A stretch of 64,000 nucleotides of DNA from Candidatus Tenderia sp. (GTDB taxonomy: Bacteria; Pseudomonadota; Gammaproteobacteria; Tenderiales; Tenderiaceae): assembly GCA_031416075.1 (NCBI GenBank), contig JANOSY010000089.1, forward strand, positions 21,087 through 85,086, written 5' to 3'. Of this stretch, positions 9,891 through 23,769 are shown one piece after another. The notes below the pieces were generated by a model. The model was not told where the DNA came from. It was given only the letters and a program-made list of their open reading frames with translations, and did no database searches. The translations under genes were made by a program, and so were the position numbers. Within the stretch, counting starts at the first letter, position 1. The number at the start of each line of letters is the position of its first letter.

Positions 9891-10664
9891 TTAGCTACCG
9901 CAACCAAAGGCGGCACTACAGCCAAAACGGTACTGCAGGGCGCTGGCATGGGCAGTTTTGGCCCATTTTAGGACATCAACGATGGTGCCAGCATTGCCGC
10001 AATCATCGGGATTAAACAGTGGCGTTTCAAGATCCTCCTCCAGCTCCGTTAGGCGCTCGATCTCCAGTGCAGAGAGCTGTTGCAGTGTCGGCACGCTGCT
10101 GTTGATACAGGGGGCGCATTCACCGCTGAGTTGAGCTGGTGGTGTCAGCCCGGTGTGTTGTAACAGCGCGTTGAGTCTCTCATCATCACTGTTATAAAGC
10201 GGTTGCCAGACTTTGCGGTTGCCATGAAATTCGCAGCAGTCGATAAACTCAGTCGCTGGATTTTCGCTGTTTTGATCGGCGTTGCGGCGTGGTAACAGTA
10301 CGATGGCCTGGTTCTCGGGGTCATATTGTTCGACCCAGTTTAAAAAGGGGATGCCCTTAAGATGCAGGCTGCACCACTGGTAGCGGCGGGTGGGGAACCC
10401 CTGTTTCATCAGCATCAACTCGGTAAAGGGTTTGTTGGTTTTGAGGTGTACGGTCTTAAAACCGAGCGTCCGGACCCATGTCTCATAGTGCGCCACCTGG
10501 GCGAGCCACCCCTCGGCGGCCCAGCCGGTATCAACATAGACGACGGTCACATCGGCCAGTTGCTGCTCACTGGCCCACTGGATCAGGGCGATGGCGTTAC
10601 GGCTGTAGTTACTGCGGAGTATGTACATAGGATTGGCTGGGTAGTTGTGGTGGTGTTTAACCAT
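9891..10664 (-). CDS. PAPS-reductase-family protein with degenerate PP-loop
   Basis: VDTGW, GFP..WCSLHLKGIP, ECAPCINS. Confidence 0.6.
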   Translation of the reverse strand: MVKHHHNYPANPMYILRSNYSRNAIALIQWASEQQLADVTVVYVDTGWAAEGWLAQVAHYETWVRTLGFKTVHLKTNKPFTELMLMKQGFPTRRYQWCSLHLKGIPFLNWVEQYDPENQAIVLLPRRNADQNSENPATEFIDCCEFHGNRKVWQPLYNSDDERLNALLQHTGLTPPAQLSGECAPCINSSVPTLQQLSALEIERLTELEEDLETPLFNPDDCGNAGTIVDVLKWAKTAHASALQYRFGCSAAFGCGS

Positions 10665-10752
10665 ATCCTAAAAACGGTGGCTATAAAATAGCCACCATTG
10701 GCCCTAATGGCGGAAGTAAAGTAAAATGGCCGCCCTTCTGGAGTATGCCGCC

Positions 10753-12657
10753 ATGTCTCAATCCATCCTGTACCAAGAAAAATTTGACGTTATTGTTGTG
10801 GGTGGCGGCCACGCCGGGACTGAGGCGGCGCTGGCGGCGGCACGCATGGGGTGTAAAACCCTACTGCTGAGTCATAACATCGAGACCCTTGGCCAAATGA
10901 GCTGCAACCCCGCCATCGGTGGTATCGGCAAAGGCCATCTGGTGAAAGAGGTGGATGCGCTGGGCGGTATCATGGCCCACGCCGCCGATCTGGGCGGTAT
11001 CCAGTTCCGCACACTCAATGCCCGTAAGGGGCCAGCGGTACGGGCTACTCGCGCCCAGGCCGACCGTACTCTATATAAAGCAGCAGTACGTGAGGCGCTG
11101 GAGAACCAGCCCAACCTAGCGCTGTTCCAGCAGTCAGTGGACGACCTGATCGTCGAGAATGGCCGGGCCGTCGGCGTAGTAACCCAGATGGGGCTAAAGT
11201 TTCACGCCAAGGCGGTGGTGCTGACGGTGGGTACCTTTCTCGGTGGTTTGATCCACATCGGCCTGCAAAATTATGAAGGGGGTCGTGCCGGTGATCCCCC
11301 TTCCAACGCCCTCTCCCGCCGTCTGCGTGAGCTCCCCTTCACGGTGAGCCGCCTCAAGACCGGTACCCCGCCGCGCCTCGACGGCCGCAGCATCGACTTC
11401 AGCCAGATGGAGGAGCAGCCGGGCGATTCACCGATACCGGTATTCTCTTATATGGGGCGGGCGGCGCAGCATCCACGTCAGATCAGCTGTTACATCACCC
11501 ATACCAATGCCCGCACCCACGAAATTATTCGTGGCGGCCTTGACCGTTCACCCATGTACACCGGCGTGATCGAGGGGGTCGGGCCGCGTTACTGCCCCTC
11601 CATTGAAGACAAGATCCACCGCTTTGCCGACAAAGATTCCCATCAACTCTTTATGGAGCCGGAGGGGTTGACCACCCACGAGATCTACCCCAATGGCATC
11701 TCCACCAGCCTGCCGTTTGATGTGCAGCTCGATCTGGTGCGTTCCATCAAGGGGCTGGAAAACGCCCGCATCACCCGCCCCGGCTACGCCATCGAGTATG
11801 ACTTTTTCGACCCGCGTGAGCTGAAGAGCAGCCTGGAGACCAAACATATGGCGGGCCTCTTTTTTGCCGGTCAGATCAACGGTACCACCGGTTATGAAGA
11901 GGCGGCGGCCCAGGGGCTGATCGCCGGTATGAACGCCGCGTTGCAGGTACAGGAGAAAGAGGCGTGGTCGCCGCGCCGCGACGAGGCCTACGTCGGTGTA
12001 CTCATCGACGACCTCATCACCCGTGGCACCCAAGAGCCGTACCGCATGTTCACCAGCCGTGCCGAGTACCGCCTGCTGCTGCGTGAAGATAATGCCGATC
12101 TGCGCCTCACCGAACATGGCCGGCGTCTCGGGCTGGTAAATGATCTCCGTTGGGCTGCTTTTGAGGCCAAACGTGAGGCGGTAGTGCAGGAGCAGCAGCG
12201 GCTGACAGGCCTCTGGCTGCGCCCGACCCATCTGCCTGAGAGCGAGGCTGAGCGGGTATTGGGGGTAAAACTGACCAAAGAGCAGCGTGCCAGCGATGCC
12301 CTGCGCCGCCCCGAAGTGACCTATGAAACCCTGATGACGCTGGAAGGGATCGGGCCGGGTGTTGCCGACCCCGCTGTTGCTGAGCAGGTGGAGATCCAGG
12401 CCAAATATGCCGGTTACATCGGCCATCAGTTGGAAGAGATCGAACGCCACCGCAGCTATGAAGAGACACAGTTGCCGGAGAGTATCAATTACGCCGAGGT
12501 GGGCGGACTCTCCAATGAAGTGCGACAGAAACTCACCCACCAGCGTCCCGCTACTTTGGGTCAGGCAGCCCGTATCCCTGGCATCACCCCAGCGGCAGTA
12601 TCGTTGCTATTAGTCCATCTGAAAAAAATCGGTGGCAAGTTGTCGAGGTCGGCGTGA
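10753..12657 (+). CDS. mnmG: tRNA uridine 5-carboxymethylaminomethyl modification enzyme MnmG (GidA)
   Basis: [46 protein letters not shown]. Confidence 0.98.
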   Translation: MSQSILYQEKFDVIVVGGGHAGTEAALAAARMGCKTLLLSHNIETLGQMSCNPAIGGIGKGHLVKEVDALGGIMAHAADLGGIQFRTLNARKGPAVRATRAQADRTLYKAAVREALENQPNLALFQQSVDDLIVENGRAVGVVTQMGLKFHAKAVVLTVGTFLGGLIHIGLQNYEGGRAGDPPSNALSRRLRELPFTVSRLKTGTPPRLDGRSIDFSQMEEQPGDSPIPVFSYMGRAAQHPRQISCYITHTNARTHEIIRGGLDRSPMYTGVIEGVGPRYCPSIEDKIHRFADKDSHQLFMEPEGLTTHEIYPNGISTSLPFDVQLDLVRSIKGLENARITRPGYAIEYDFFDPRELKSSLETKHMAGLFFAGQINGTTGYEEAAAQGLIAGMNAALQVQEKEAWSPRRDEAYVGVLIDDLITRGTQEPYRMFTSRAEYRLLLREDNADLRLTEHGRRLGLVNDLRWAAFEAKREAVVQEQQRLTGLWLRPTHLPESEAERVLGVKLTKEQRASDALRRPEVTYETLMTLEGIGPGVADPAVAEQVEIQAKYAGYIGHQLEEIERHRSYEETQLPESINYAEVGGLSNEVRQKLTHQRPATLGQAARIPGITPAAVSLLLVHLKKIGGKLSRSA

Positions 12658-13310
12658 TGGGGATGGACGACCGCGCCTGTTTGCGCGATGGCGCTGCTCG
12701 TATGGGCATCGTCCTGACCCCGGCTCAGGAGACGTCGTTGCTTCACTATCTGGCGCTGCTGCTGAAGTGGAACAAGGTCTACAACCTGATCTCTCGCCGT
12801 GCCAATGACAATCTGCTGGCCCTGCATCTGCTCGACAGTCTGTCGGTGTTGCCGTACATTAACGGCCCCAGCGTAGTGGATGTAGGCAGCGGTGCCGGTC
12901 TGCCCGGCATACCGTTGGCTATTATGTGTCCCGATTGCCACTTTACCCTGCTTGATAGCAACAGCAAAAAAGGGGGGTTCCGTACTCAAGCGGCAATCGA
13001 GCTGGGGTTGAAAAATATAACGGTTATCAGCGCTCGGGCGGAAGAATTTCGGCCAGAACAGGGGTTTGGTCAGGTCATATCACGCGCCTTTGCCACCATT
13101 ACAGACATGTTGGCAGTGGCAGGCCATCTGGCCACGCCAAATGGGCGATTTTTAGCCATGAAGGGGCTCTATCCCCATGACGAGCTAGCCGAACTGGCCG
13201 AATTGGCTAAAACAGCGCCGATATACCGGCTCGACACGGTACATGAACTGAAGGTCCCCGATCTCGGGGCGGAGCGGCATCTGGCCATTGTGGCCCGGGT
13301 CGCGGATTGA
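12654..13310 (+). CDS. rsmG: 16S rRNA m7G527 methyltransferase RsmG
   Basis: [24 protein letters not shown]; follows mnmG. Confidence 0.96.
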   Translation: MMGMDDRACLRDGAARMGIVLTPAQETSLLHYLALLLKWNKVYNLISRRANDNLLALHLLDSLSVLPYINGPSVVDVGSGAGLPGIPLAIMCPDCHFTLLDSNSKKGGFRTQAAIELGLKNITVISARAEEFRPEQGFGQVISRAFATITDMLAVAGHLATPNGRFLAMKGLYPHDELAELAELAKTAPIYRLDTVHELKVPDLGAERHLAIVARVAD

Positions 13311-13338
13311 TTGTGAACAGATAAATAGCGACTAGCTC

Positions 13339-14127
13339 ATGGCCAAGATCATCGCAGTAACCAACCAAAAGGGTGGCGTTGGCAAAACGACCACTAGCGT
13401 TAACCTGTCAGCATCGTTGGCCGCCACCAAACGTCGAGTCTTGCTGGTGGATCTGGACCCACAGGGCAACGCCACCATGGGGAGCGGTGTCGACAAGGCG
13501 GAGATCGAAGGCAGTAGCTGTGAACTGCTGTTAGGCGAAGTGAATATCAAGACAGTGATCGTTGATGCCAGCGCCGCGGGTTACCATCTGATCCCTGCCA
13601 ATGCCGACCTGACGGCGGCTGAGGTGGGTTTGATGGCACTGCCTGAGCGCGAACTGCGGCTCAAACATGCGCTTAATGAAGTGGCGGATAGTTATGATTT
13701 CATCCTGATCGACTGCCCTCCTTCCTTAAACATGCTGACGGTGAATGCCCTGGTGGCGGCTAAGTCAGTATTGATTCCGATGCAGTGTGAGTACTACGCA
13801 CTGGAAGGGCTATCGGCCCTGATTGAGACCATCGAACAGATTCGACTGACCAGCAACCCCGATCTGCATATCGAAGGATTGTTGCGCACGATGTACGACG
13901 CCCGCAATAATCTTGCTGTGGATGTCTCAGAACAGCTTGCCAGCCACTTTGGTGATAAGCTCTATCGCACAGTGATACCTCGTAACGTCCGTCTGGCCGA
14001 GGCCCCAAGTCACGGTTTGCCGGTGATCATCTACGACAAGGCCTGTTCCGGAACAATGGCCTACCTGGCGTTGGCGGGAGAGGTTTTGCGTAGACAAAAT
14101 CAGGCCGAAATAGCGCAAACCGCCTGA
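13339..14127 (+). CDS. parA: Chromosome partitioning ATPase ParA/Soj
   Basis: NQKGGVGKTT, DLDPQGNAT, DCPPSL, IPRNVRLAEAPSHG. Confidence 0.95.
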   Translation: MAKIIAVTNQKGGVGKTTTSVNLSASLAATKRRVLLVDLDPQGNATMGSGVDKAEIEGSSCELLLGEVNIKTVIVDASAAGYHLIPANADLTAAEVGLMALPERELRLKHALNEVADSYDFILIDCPPSLNMLTVNALVAAKSVLIPMQCEYYALEGLSALIETIEQIRLTSNPDLHIEGLLRTMYDARNNLAVDVSEQLASHFGDKLYRTVIPRNVRLAEAPSHGLPVIIYDKACSGTMAYLALAGEVLRRQNQAEIAQTA

Positions 14128-14150
14128 GCAATTTAGAGAGTTAGAAGATT

Positions 14151-15065
14151 ATGGCAACAAAAAAACGGGGATTAGGGCGTGGCTTGAATGAGCTGCTGGC
14201 CAGTGCCAAGTCAGCGCCCGTTGCGCTGGCAGAGCTGCAAACCCCAGAGCTGGAGGCAGGCCAGCCGATTAATACTGGCGAGCCGGGTGCCGCCGTGCTG
14301 AAAAAACTGCCAGTTGATCTGCTGCAGCGTGGTAAATATCAGCCGCGCCACGACATGCACCCCGAAACCCTGCAAGAGTTGGCAGACTCCATCAAGGCCC
14401 AGGGCGTTGTGCAGCCGATAGTGGTCCGCCCCATCGATGGCAAACGCTACGAGATCATCGCCGGAGAGCGGCGCTGGCGCGCCTCGCAGATGGCGGGACT
14501 GCACGAAATCCCCTGCATTATCCGTGATGTACCGGATCAGGCCGCGATGGCCATGGCCCTGATCGAAAACATTCAGCGCGAAGATCTGAACCCCATGGAA
14601 GAGGCCTCGGCGCTGCAGCGGTTGATTCAGGAGTTTGAGTTGACCCATCAACAGACCGCCGACGCTGTAGGCCGCTCCCGTGCTGCCGTCTCCAATCTGT
14701 TGCGTCTGCTGGAGCTGGAAGACGAAGTCAAAACCATGCTCGAACATGGCGATATGGAGATGGGCCACGCCCGCGCCCTGCTCGCCCTGTCTGGAGAACA
14801 GCAGCGGAGTGCCGCACGCACAGTGGTCTCTAAGGGGATGTCAGTGCGTGAGACTGAGCGGTTGGTGCGCCAGTTGCAGGCAGAATCGGCCGGACAGAAG
14901 ACAGTAACCCGTGAAGACCCCAACATTCGCCAGCTTCAGGATGAGCTGTCACAACGCATTGGTGCGGCGGTCAAGTTTCAGCATGGGGCCTCAGGTAAGG
15001 GGAAATTAGTGATTAAATACAATACGTTGGATGAGCTGGATGGGATCCTTGCCCATATTAAATAG
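14151..15065 (+). CDS. parB: Chromosome partitioning protein ParB/Spo0J
   Basis: GLGRGL, IIAGERRWRA, ENIQREDLNP. Confidence 0.95.
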   Translation: MATKKRGLGRGLNELLASAKSAPVALAELQTPELEAGQPINTGEPGAAVLKKLPVDLLQRGKYQPRHDMHPETLQELADSIKAQGVVQPIVVRPIDGKRYEIIAGERRWRASQMAGLHEIPCIIRDVPDQAAMAMALIENIQREDLNPMEEASALQRLIQEFELTHQQTADAVGRSRAAVSNLLRLLELEDEVKTMLEHGDMEMGHARALLALSGEQQRSAARTVVSKGMSVRETERLVRQLQAESAGQKTVTREDPNIRQLQDELSQRIGAAVKFQHGASGKGKLVIKYNTLDELDGILAHIK

Positions 15066-15127
15066 CCTAATCTCCCCTAGGCTCAGTAAAAGCCCCTGAT
15101 ATTCGTCCCCTTTTTAGTGAGGGGGCG

Positions 15128-15156
15128 TTGACCCACCGGGCAGTTGTCTTTATACT
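15128..15156 (+). promoter_or_regulatory. Sigma70-type promoter of the atp operon
   Basis: TTGACC-17 bp-TATACT upstream of atpI. Confidence 0.6.
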
Positions 15157-15242
15157 TCGCGGCGACTGTAGGAAGCTGGTTTGCACAGGCAACGCTGATT
15201 AACGCGCCGGGCCGCACAAGAACAACAAAAGCAAATCCCCCT

Positions 15243-16474
<1,232 letters not shown>

Positions 16475-16531
16475 TCTGCACTTACCGGTTTATAACTTTG
16501 TAATTTTTAAACTTTAACTTTTAGTAAATAG

Positions 16532-16789
<258 letters not shown>

Positions 16790-16849
16790 TCGGGTAGTGT
16801 TGGATAACCATATCAAACATCCATCGGACAAGCTTATTAAGGTTCTGTC

Positions 16850-17320
16850 ATGAACATAAATGCAACCCTGATAGGGCAATCTATCGCTTTTTTCCTGTTC
16901 GTCTGGTTCACCATGAAGTTTGTGTGGCCACCGATCATGGCTGCGCTGGAAGCGCGCAAGAAGCTGATTGCTGACGGTCTTGCTGCTGCCGAACGTGGTA
17001 AGCATGAGCAGGAGCTGGCTGAAAAGGCCGCAAAAGAGAAATTAATCGAAGCTAAGCAACAAGCAGCGGACATTATCGCTCTGGCACAAAAACGTGCTAA
17101 CGATATTGTTGATGAATCGAAAGATAAGGCCCGTACAGAGGGTGAACGTCTTTTGGTTGCTGCTAATGCGGAGATCGATCAAGAAGTTAATCGTGCCAAA
17201 GAGCAGTTGCGTGGACAGGTGGTAAACCTGGCTGTTGCAGGTGCCGGGCGCATCCTTAATAAGGAGATCGATGCTAAGGCGCACGAGAACCTGATTAAGG
17301 ATTTAGTTACACAGATATAA
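16850..17320 (+). CDS. atpF: ATP synthase subunit b
   Basis: [16 protein letters not shown]. Confidence 0.97.
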   Translation: MNINATLIGQSIAFFLFVWFTMKFVWPPIMAALEARKKLIADGLAAAERGKHEQELAEKAAKEKLIEAKQQAADIIALAQKRANDIVDESKDKARTEGERLLVAANAEIDQEVNRAKEQLRGQVVNLAVAGAGRILNKEIDAKAHENLIKDLVTQI

Positions 17321-17330
17321 GGTCTCACAA

Positions 17331-17879
17331 ATGGCCGAAAATACCACAATCGCACGACCCTATGCCGAGGCAGTCTTCAAGCTTGCCCAGGAGCAAGGGG
17401 ATTTGAAGGGCTGGTCAGACAAATTGCAGCTGGTTAGTGCAGTGATTGCGTCGCCAGATATGAGCGCACTTATTGGCAACCCCAAGATAAGTAAAGGGCA
17501 GCTGTCTCAGTTGATCCTCGAAAGCTGTGGTGATGTTGGCGGTGCTCAGTTTAATGCAGAAGGAAAAAATCTTGTCACCCTCTTGGTTGAGAATGGCCGT
17601 ATTGGCGTGGTGGCTGAAATTTTTGCGCTGTATGAGCTGTGCCGTGCTGAAGCTGAGGGCAGCGTCGTAGCAGAGGCTATCTCTGCCATGCCGTTGACCG
17701 ATGATCAGCAGAAGGCAATTGCTACCGCACTCACACGCCGTCTTGGACGCAATGTGGAGCTGGTTTGTAAAGTCGACGAAAGCCTGTTGGGCGGTGCGAT
17801 TATCCGTACCGGCGACTTGGTGATCGATGGCTCTGCCGCTAGCCGTCTGACGCAGCTTGCCAAAGCAATGCTGCCCTAA
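17331..17879 (+). CDS. atpH: ATP synthase subunit delta
   Basis: TIARPYAEA, LLGG.IIR.GD.VIDGS. Confidence 0.96.
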   Translation: MAENTTIARPYAEAVFKLAQEQGDLKGWSDKLQLVSAVIASPDMSALIGNPKISKGQLSQLILESCGDVGGAQFNAEGKNLVTLLVENGRIGVVAEIFALYELCRAEAEGSVVAEAISAMPLTDDQQKAIATALTRRLGRNVELVCKVDESLLGGAIIRTGDLVIDGSAASRLTQLAKAMLP

Positions 17880-17906
17880 ACCGAATCGATATAGAGGACG
17901 AACGTT

Positions 17907-19448
17907 ATGCAACTCAATCCCGCAGAGATCAGTGACCTGATCAAATCGCGCATTAAGAGTTTCGAAGCTGTGACTGAGGCCCGTACTGAAGGTACAGTGG
18001 TCAGCCTGATGGATGGTATCGCACGCATCCACGGTATGTCGGATGTCATGTCCGGTGAAATGCTTGAGTTCCCAGGCAACACCTTTGGTATGGCCCTTAA
18101 TCTGGAGCGTGACTCCGTGGGTGCCGTTATTCTGGGTCCGTATCAGCACATTGCTGAGGGTGACACCGTCAAGTGCACCGGCCGTATTCTTGAAGTTCCA
18201 ACCGGTCCGGAGCTGTTGGGGCGTGTGGTTGATGCCTTGGGTAACCCCATTGATGGTAAAGGCCCGATCAATACCAAGTGCACCTCTCCTATTGAGAAGG
18301 TTGCTCCGGGTGTACTCTGGCGTAAGTCTGTTGATCAGCCAATGCAAACGGGTCTGAAGGCCATTGATGCAATGGTTCCGGTTGGCCGTGGTCAGCGCGA
18401 ATTGATTATCGGTGACCGTCAGACCGGTAAGACAGCCGTTGCGATCGATGCGATCATCAATCAGAAGGGCACGGGTGTTAAGTGCATTTACGTTGCCATC
18501 GGCCAGAAGGCCTCTTCTGTTGCTAACGTTGTTCGTAAGCTTGAAGAGCATGGAGCCCTGGCACATACCATCATTGTTGCTGCAACAGCCTCTGACTCTG
18601 CAGCACTGCAGTTTATTGCCCCTTACGCCGGTTGCACCATGGGTGAGTACTTCCGTGACCTCGGCGAAGATGCACTGATTGTTTATGATGATTTGACCAA
18701 ACAGGCATGGGCTTACCGTCAGGTTTCCCTGCTGCTGCGCCGTCCACCAGGCCGCGAAGCGTATCCTGGCGATGTTTTCTACATCCACTCACGTCTGCTT
18801 GAACGTGCCGCTCGTGTAAACGTTGACTATGTTGAAAAACATACCAATGGCGCGGTGAAGGGCAAGACCGGTTCTTTGACCGCGCTGCCAATCATTGAGA
18901 CTCAGGGCGGTGACGTCTCTGCGTTTGTACCAACCAACGTAATTTCAATCACTGATGGTCAGATCTTCCTTGAGACTGACCTGTTCAACTCGGGTATTCG
19001 TCCTGCGATCAACGCCGGCCTGTCTGTATCTCGTGTGGGTGGTGCAGCCCAGACCAAAATCATCAAGAAGCTTGGTGGTAGTGTGCGTCTGGATCTGGCC
19101 CAGTATCGCGAACTGGCGGCATTTGCCCAGTTTGCTTCTGACCTGGATGAAGTCACACGTAAACAGATTGAACGTGGTCAGCGTGTAACGGAGTTGATGA
19201 AGCAGAAGCAGTATAGTCCGCTCTCTACTGCTGAAATGGGCTTCTCACTGTTTGCCGCTAACCAGGGCTTCCTGGATGATGTGGATGTGAAAAAGGTTGT
19301 TGATTTTGAAGCAGCCCTGCACTCCTACATCAATGCTAACTGTGTTGAGTTGGTGAAGCGTCTCAACGATACCGCTGATTACAACGATGAAATCGCTGGT
19401 CAGATGCGTAGCGCCGTGGAGAAGTTTAAGTCCACCAGCACTTGGTAA
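17907..19448 (+). CDS. atpA: ATP synthase subunit alpha
   Basis: [21 protein letters not shown]. Confidence 0.98.
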   Translation: MQLNPAEISDLIKSRIKSFEAVTEARTEGTVVSLMDGIARIHGMSDVMSGEMLEFPGNTFGMALNLERDSVGAVILGPYQHIAEGDTVKCTGRILEVPTGPELLGRVVDALGNPIDGKGPINTKCTSPIEKVAPGVLWRKSVDQPMQTGLKAIDAMVPVGRGQRELIIGDRQTGKTAVAIDAIINQKGTGVKCIYVAIGQKASSVANVVRKLEEHGALAHTIIVAATASDSAALQFIAPYAGCTMGEYFRDLGEDALIVYDDLTKQAWAYRQVSLLLRRPPGREAYPGDVFYIHSRLLERAARVNVDYVEKHTNGAVKGKTGSLTALPIIETQGGDVSAFVPTNVISITDGQIFLETDLFNSGIRPAINAGLSVSRVGGAAQTKIIKKLGGSVRLDLAQYRELAAFAQFASDLDEVTRKQIERGQRVTELMKQKQYSPLSTAEMGFSLFAANQGFLDDVDVKKVVDFEAALHSYINANCVELVKRLNDTADYNDEIAGQMRSAVEKFKSTSTW

Positions 19449-19461
19449 CGGGAGCCTAGTT

Positions 19462-20325
19462 ATGGCAGTTGGTAAAGAGATTCGCACGAAGATCAAAAGT
19501 ATTCAAAATACTAAAAAGATCACCCGCGCGATGGAGATGGTAGCAGCAAGTAAGATGCGTAAAGCGCAACAGCGCATGCAGGCATCCCGTCCTTATGCAC
19601 ATAAAATTCGTGCGGTAATTGGACATCTTGCACAGGCCCATCCTGAATATCGTCACCCTTATCTGCAGGAGAGGGGTGCGGTCAAACGTGTTGGTTTGAT
19701 TGTTGTGACTAGCGACCGTGGCCTGTGTGGTGGTTTGAACACCAATCTGTTCAAGGCAACTGTTGGTGCGATCAGGGATTGGCGGAATAAGGGCGTTGAA
19801 GTTGACCTGTGCCTGATTGGCCAGAAAGGCATCTCCTTCCTTAAGCGTCTTGGTAACGTTCGCGCTTCTGTCGGCCATCTTGGTGATGCGCCTGGTATTA
19901 CTGATCTGATTGGTAGTGTCAAGGTGATGCTGGATGCGTTTGACAGCGGTGAGATTGATCGTATTGATGTGGTCTACAACCAATTTGTAAATACCATGAC
20001 CCAAAAGCCATCCATTGAGCAGTTGTTGCCTGTTCAGTCGGATGTGATTGATAACGAACTTCAGCATAGCTGGGACTACCTCTATGAGCCAGATGCCAAA
20101 GAGGTGTTGAATGAGCTGTTGGTCCGTTATGTTGAATCACAGGTTTATCAGGGTGTGGTGGAAAACATCGCTTGTGAGCAAGCAGCCCGTATGGTCGCGA
20201 TGAAAGCCGCTTCCGATAATGCAGGTGATCTCATTAACGATCTGAAGCTAGTGTATAACAAGGCTCGCCAAGCGGCGATTACTCAGGAAATTTCCGAGAT
20301 CGTCGCTGGTGCTGCGGCAGTTTAG
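19462..20325 (+). CDS. atpG: ATP synthase subunit gamma
   Basis: Start MAVGKEIR at 19462; [21 protein letters not shown]. Confidence 0.97.
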   Translation: MAVGKEIRTKIKSIQNTKKITRAMEMVAASKMRKAQQRMQASRPYAHKIRAVIGHLAQAHPEYRHPYLQERGAVKRVGLIVVTSDRGLCGGLNTNLFKATVGAIRDWRNKGVEVDLCLIGQKGISFLKRLGNVRASVGHLGDAPGITDLIGSVKVMLDAFDSGEIDRIDVVYNQFVNTMTQKPSIEQLLPVQSDVIDNELQHSWDYLYEPDAKEVLNELLVRYVESQVYQGVVENIACEQAARMVAMKAASDNAGDLINDLKLVYNKARQAAITQEISEIVAGAAAV

Positions 20326-20396
20326 TCGCACCAAAGCCGGTTTGTAGCGGAATTTAAAAGATTTAATATTGCTTTAATATTCTCAAGAGGAACTGA

Positions 20397-21788
<1,392 letters not shown>

Positions 21789-21807
21789 TCTCTGTTAGGA
21801 GGATTTT

Positions 21808-22227
21808 ATGGCAATGACCGTACATGTCGACATCGTAAGCGCAGAATCAGCGATCTTTTCCGGGACCGCAACGATGGTATTTGCGTCGGGTGTGGCGGGG
21901 GATTTAGGTATTCTTCCACGCCACAGCCAACTGTTGACCAAGCTCAAGCCCGGTGAAATCCGTGTTGATCGGCCTGATGGCAGTGAGGAGTTTTATTACG
22001 TCTCAGGCGGCATGTTAGAGGTTCAGCCACACTGCATCACTGTGTTGGCCGATACCGCTATTCGTGCAAAAGATCTGGATGAGGCGTCAGCGCTTCAGGC
22101 TAAAGAGCGTGCTGAGCAGCTGTTGAAGGATCGGGGTAGTAATTTCGATCTGGCTCAGGCTGAGCGTGAACTGGCTGAGGCTGTTGCCCAGCTCCAGGCG
22201 ATTCAGAAGTTGCGTAAAAAACGTTAA
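21808..22227 (+). CDS. atpC: ATP synthase subunit epsilon
   Basis: [23 protein letters not shown]. Confidence 0.96.
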   Translation: MAMTVHVDIVSAESAIFSGTATMVFASGVAGDLGILPRHSQLLTKLKPGEIRVDRPDGSEEFYYVSGGMLEVQPHCITVLADTAIRAKDLDEASALQAKERAEQLLKDRGSNFDLAQAERELAEAVAQLQAIQKLRKKR

Positions 22228-22254
22228 GAGAGGCCTTCAGGCTGGCTCTTTTTG

Positions 22255-22288
22255 AAGGGGAAAGACCGTTGGGTCTTTCCCCTTTTTG
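22255..22288 (+). terminator. Rho-independent terminator after atpC
   Basis: AAGGGGAAAGACC-GTTG-GGTCTTTCCCCTT followed by a T run. Confidence 0.85.
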
Positions 22289-22392
22289 TTTATTGGGTGT
22301 TCTGGTTCAACAGGGGGTGGACCTGATAGTGATCAATAGTTGTTACACTGGATGCCGTCCAACCCTCGATTAAACAGGTAGGCTTAAAAACT

Positions 22393-23757
22393 ATGTTGAG
22401 TGTCATCATACTTGCGGCAGGTCAGGGGACACGGATGCGTTCCGCGTTACCCAAAGTATTACATGTCCTTGCTGATCGACCACTGTTGGAGCATGTGATC
22501 GATACAGCGGAGCAGATTGGTGCTGACGATATTCATGTGGTCTATGGCCATGGTGGTCAGGTAGTGCCCACTACCCTTGCCCATCGCACGGTTGCCTGGG
22601 TGATGCAGGCGCAGCAGTTGGGTACCGGTCATGCGGTTGCCCAAGCCTTGCCCGATATTAAGCCGGGCAATCAAGTCTTGATACTTTATGGTGATGTGCC
22701 ACTTGTTTCCGTTGAGACCCTGGAAACGCTTTTAAAAAGCGCCGCCAACGACGGTTTTGGGCTGCTAACGGTGACGTTGACTGATGCGAGCGGTTATGGC
22801 CGTATTATCCGTGATAAGAGTGGTGCTGTGACACGGATTGTTGAGCATAAGGATGCCACTGAGCAAGAGCGTCAGGTGAACGAGGTGAACACAGGCATTC
22901 TTAGTGTCTCGAGTGATCGGCTGAACGTCTGGCTTAAACGGCTCGATAACAATAATGTTCAGGGCGAATACTACCTTACCGATATTATTGCCATGGCGGT
23001 GCAAGAGGGTTTAACAATTAGCACTGTATCATCTGGTGATGAGAATGAGGTGCTGGGTGTGAACAACAAACGTCAGTTGGCAACGTTGGAGCGTTATTAT
23101 CAGCAGTTGCAGGCAGGTCGTTTGATGGATGCTGGCGTGACACTTCGTGATCCGCTGCGCTTTGATCTGCGTGGTGTTATTGAGTGTGGGTGGGATGTGA
23201 TTATCGATGTGAATGTTATTCTGACGGGCAACGTTACATTAGGTAATAACGTTAACATCGGTCCTAATTGTATGATTAGTAATAGCACGATTGGTGATGA
23301 TGTCACCATCCTTGCTAACAGTGTTATTGATGAAGCGGTGGTGGGCAGTGGCAGCCGTATTGGCCCGTTTGCCCGCTTGCGTCCTGAAACAGTGCTGGCC
23401 GAAGAGACCCACATTGGTAATTTTGTTGAGATTAAAAAGGCGACCATTGGCAAAGGCTCCAAGGTGAACCATCTGAGTTATGTGGGTGATGCACGTGTTG
23501 GCAAGGGCGTTAATATTGGTGCAGGTACTATTACGTGTAATTACGATGGCGCAAATAAATATCTGACAGAGATTGGCGATAATGTCTTTGTTGGCTCTGA
23601 TACACAGTTGATCGCCCCGATTAAAATTGGTGATGGCGTCACCATAGGTGCAGGCTCCACCATTACTAAAGATGTTGAGCCTGATGTGCTGACTTTAAGC
23701 CGTAGCAAACAGCAGACCATTACCGGCTGGAAGCGGCCGGTTAAGAAAAATAGATAG
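22393..23757 (+). CDS. glmU: Bifunctional UDP-GlcNAc pyrophosphorylase / GlcN-1-P acetyltransferase
   Basis: ILAAGQGTRMRS.LPKVLH, hexapeptide repeats, TCNYDGANK. Confidence 0.97.
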   Translation: MLSVIILAAGQGTRMRSALPKVLHVLADRPLLEHVIDTAEQIGADDIHVVYGHGGQVVPTTLAHRTVAWVMQAQQLGTGHAVAQALPDIKPGNQVLILYGDVPLVSVETLETLLKSAANDGFGLLTVTLTDASGYGRIIRDKSGAVTRIVEHKDATEQERQVNEVNTGILSVSSDRLNVWLKRLDNNNVQGEYYLTDIIAMAVQEGLTISTVSSGDENEVLGVNNKRQLATLERYYQQLQAGRLMDAGVTLRDPLRFDLRGVIECGWDVIIDVNVILTGNVTLGNNVNIGPNCMISNSTIGDDVTILANSVIDEAVVGSGSRIGPFARLRPETVLAEETHIGNFVEIKKATIGKGSKVNHLSYVGDARVGKGVNIGAGTITCNYDGANKYLTEIGDNVFVGSDTQLIAPIKIGDGVTIGAGSTITKDVEPDVLTLSRSKQQTITGWKRPVKKNR

Positions 23758-23769
23758 GGACATAAAACC

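Noticed and set aside
10664-10753. oriC upstream of mnmG, as in enterobacteria
   Set aside because: Intergenic region under 90 bp; no DnaA-box cluster, GATC cluster or AT-rich unwinding element seen
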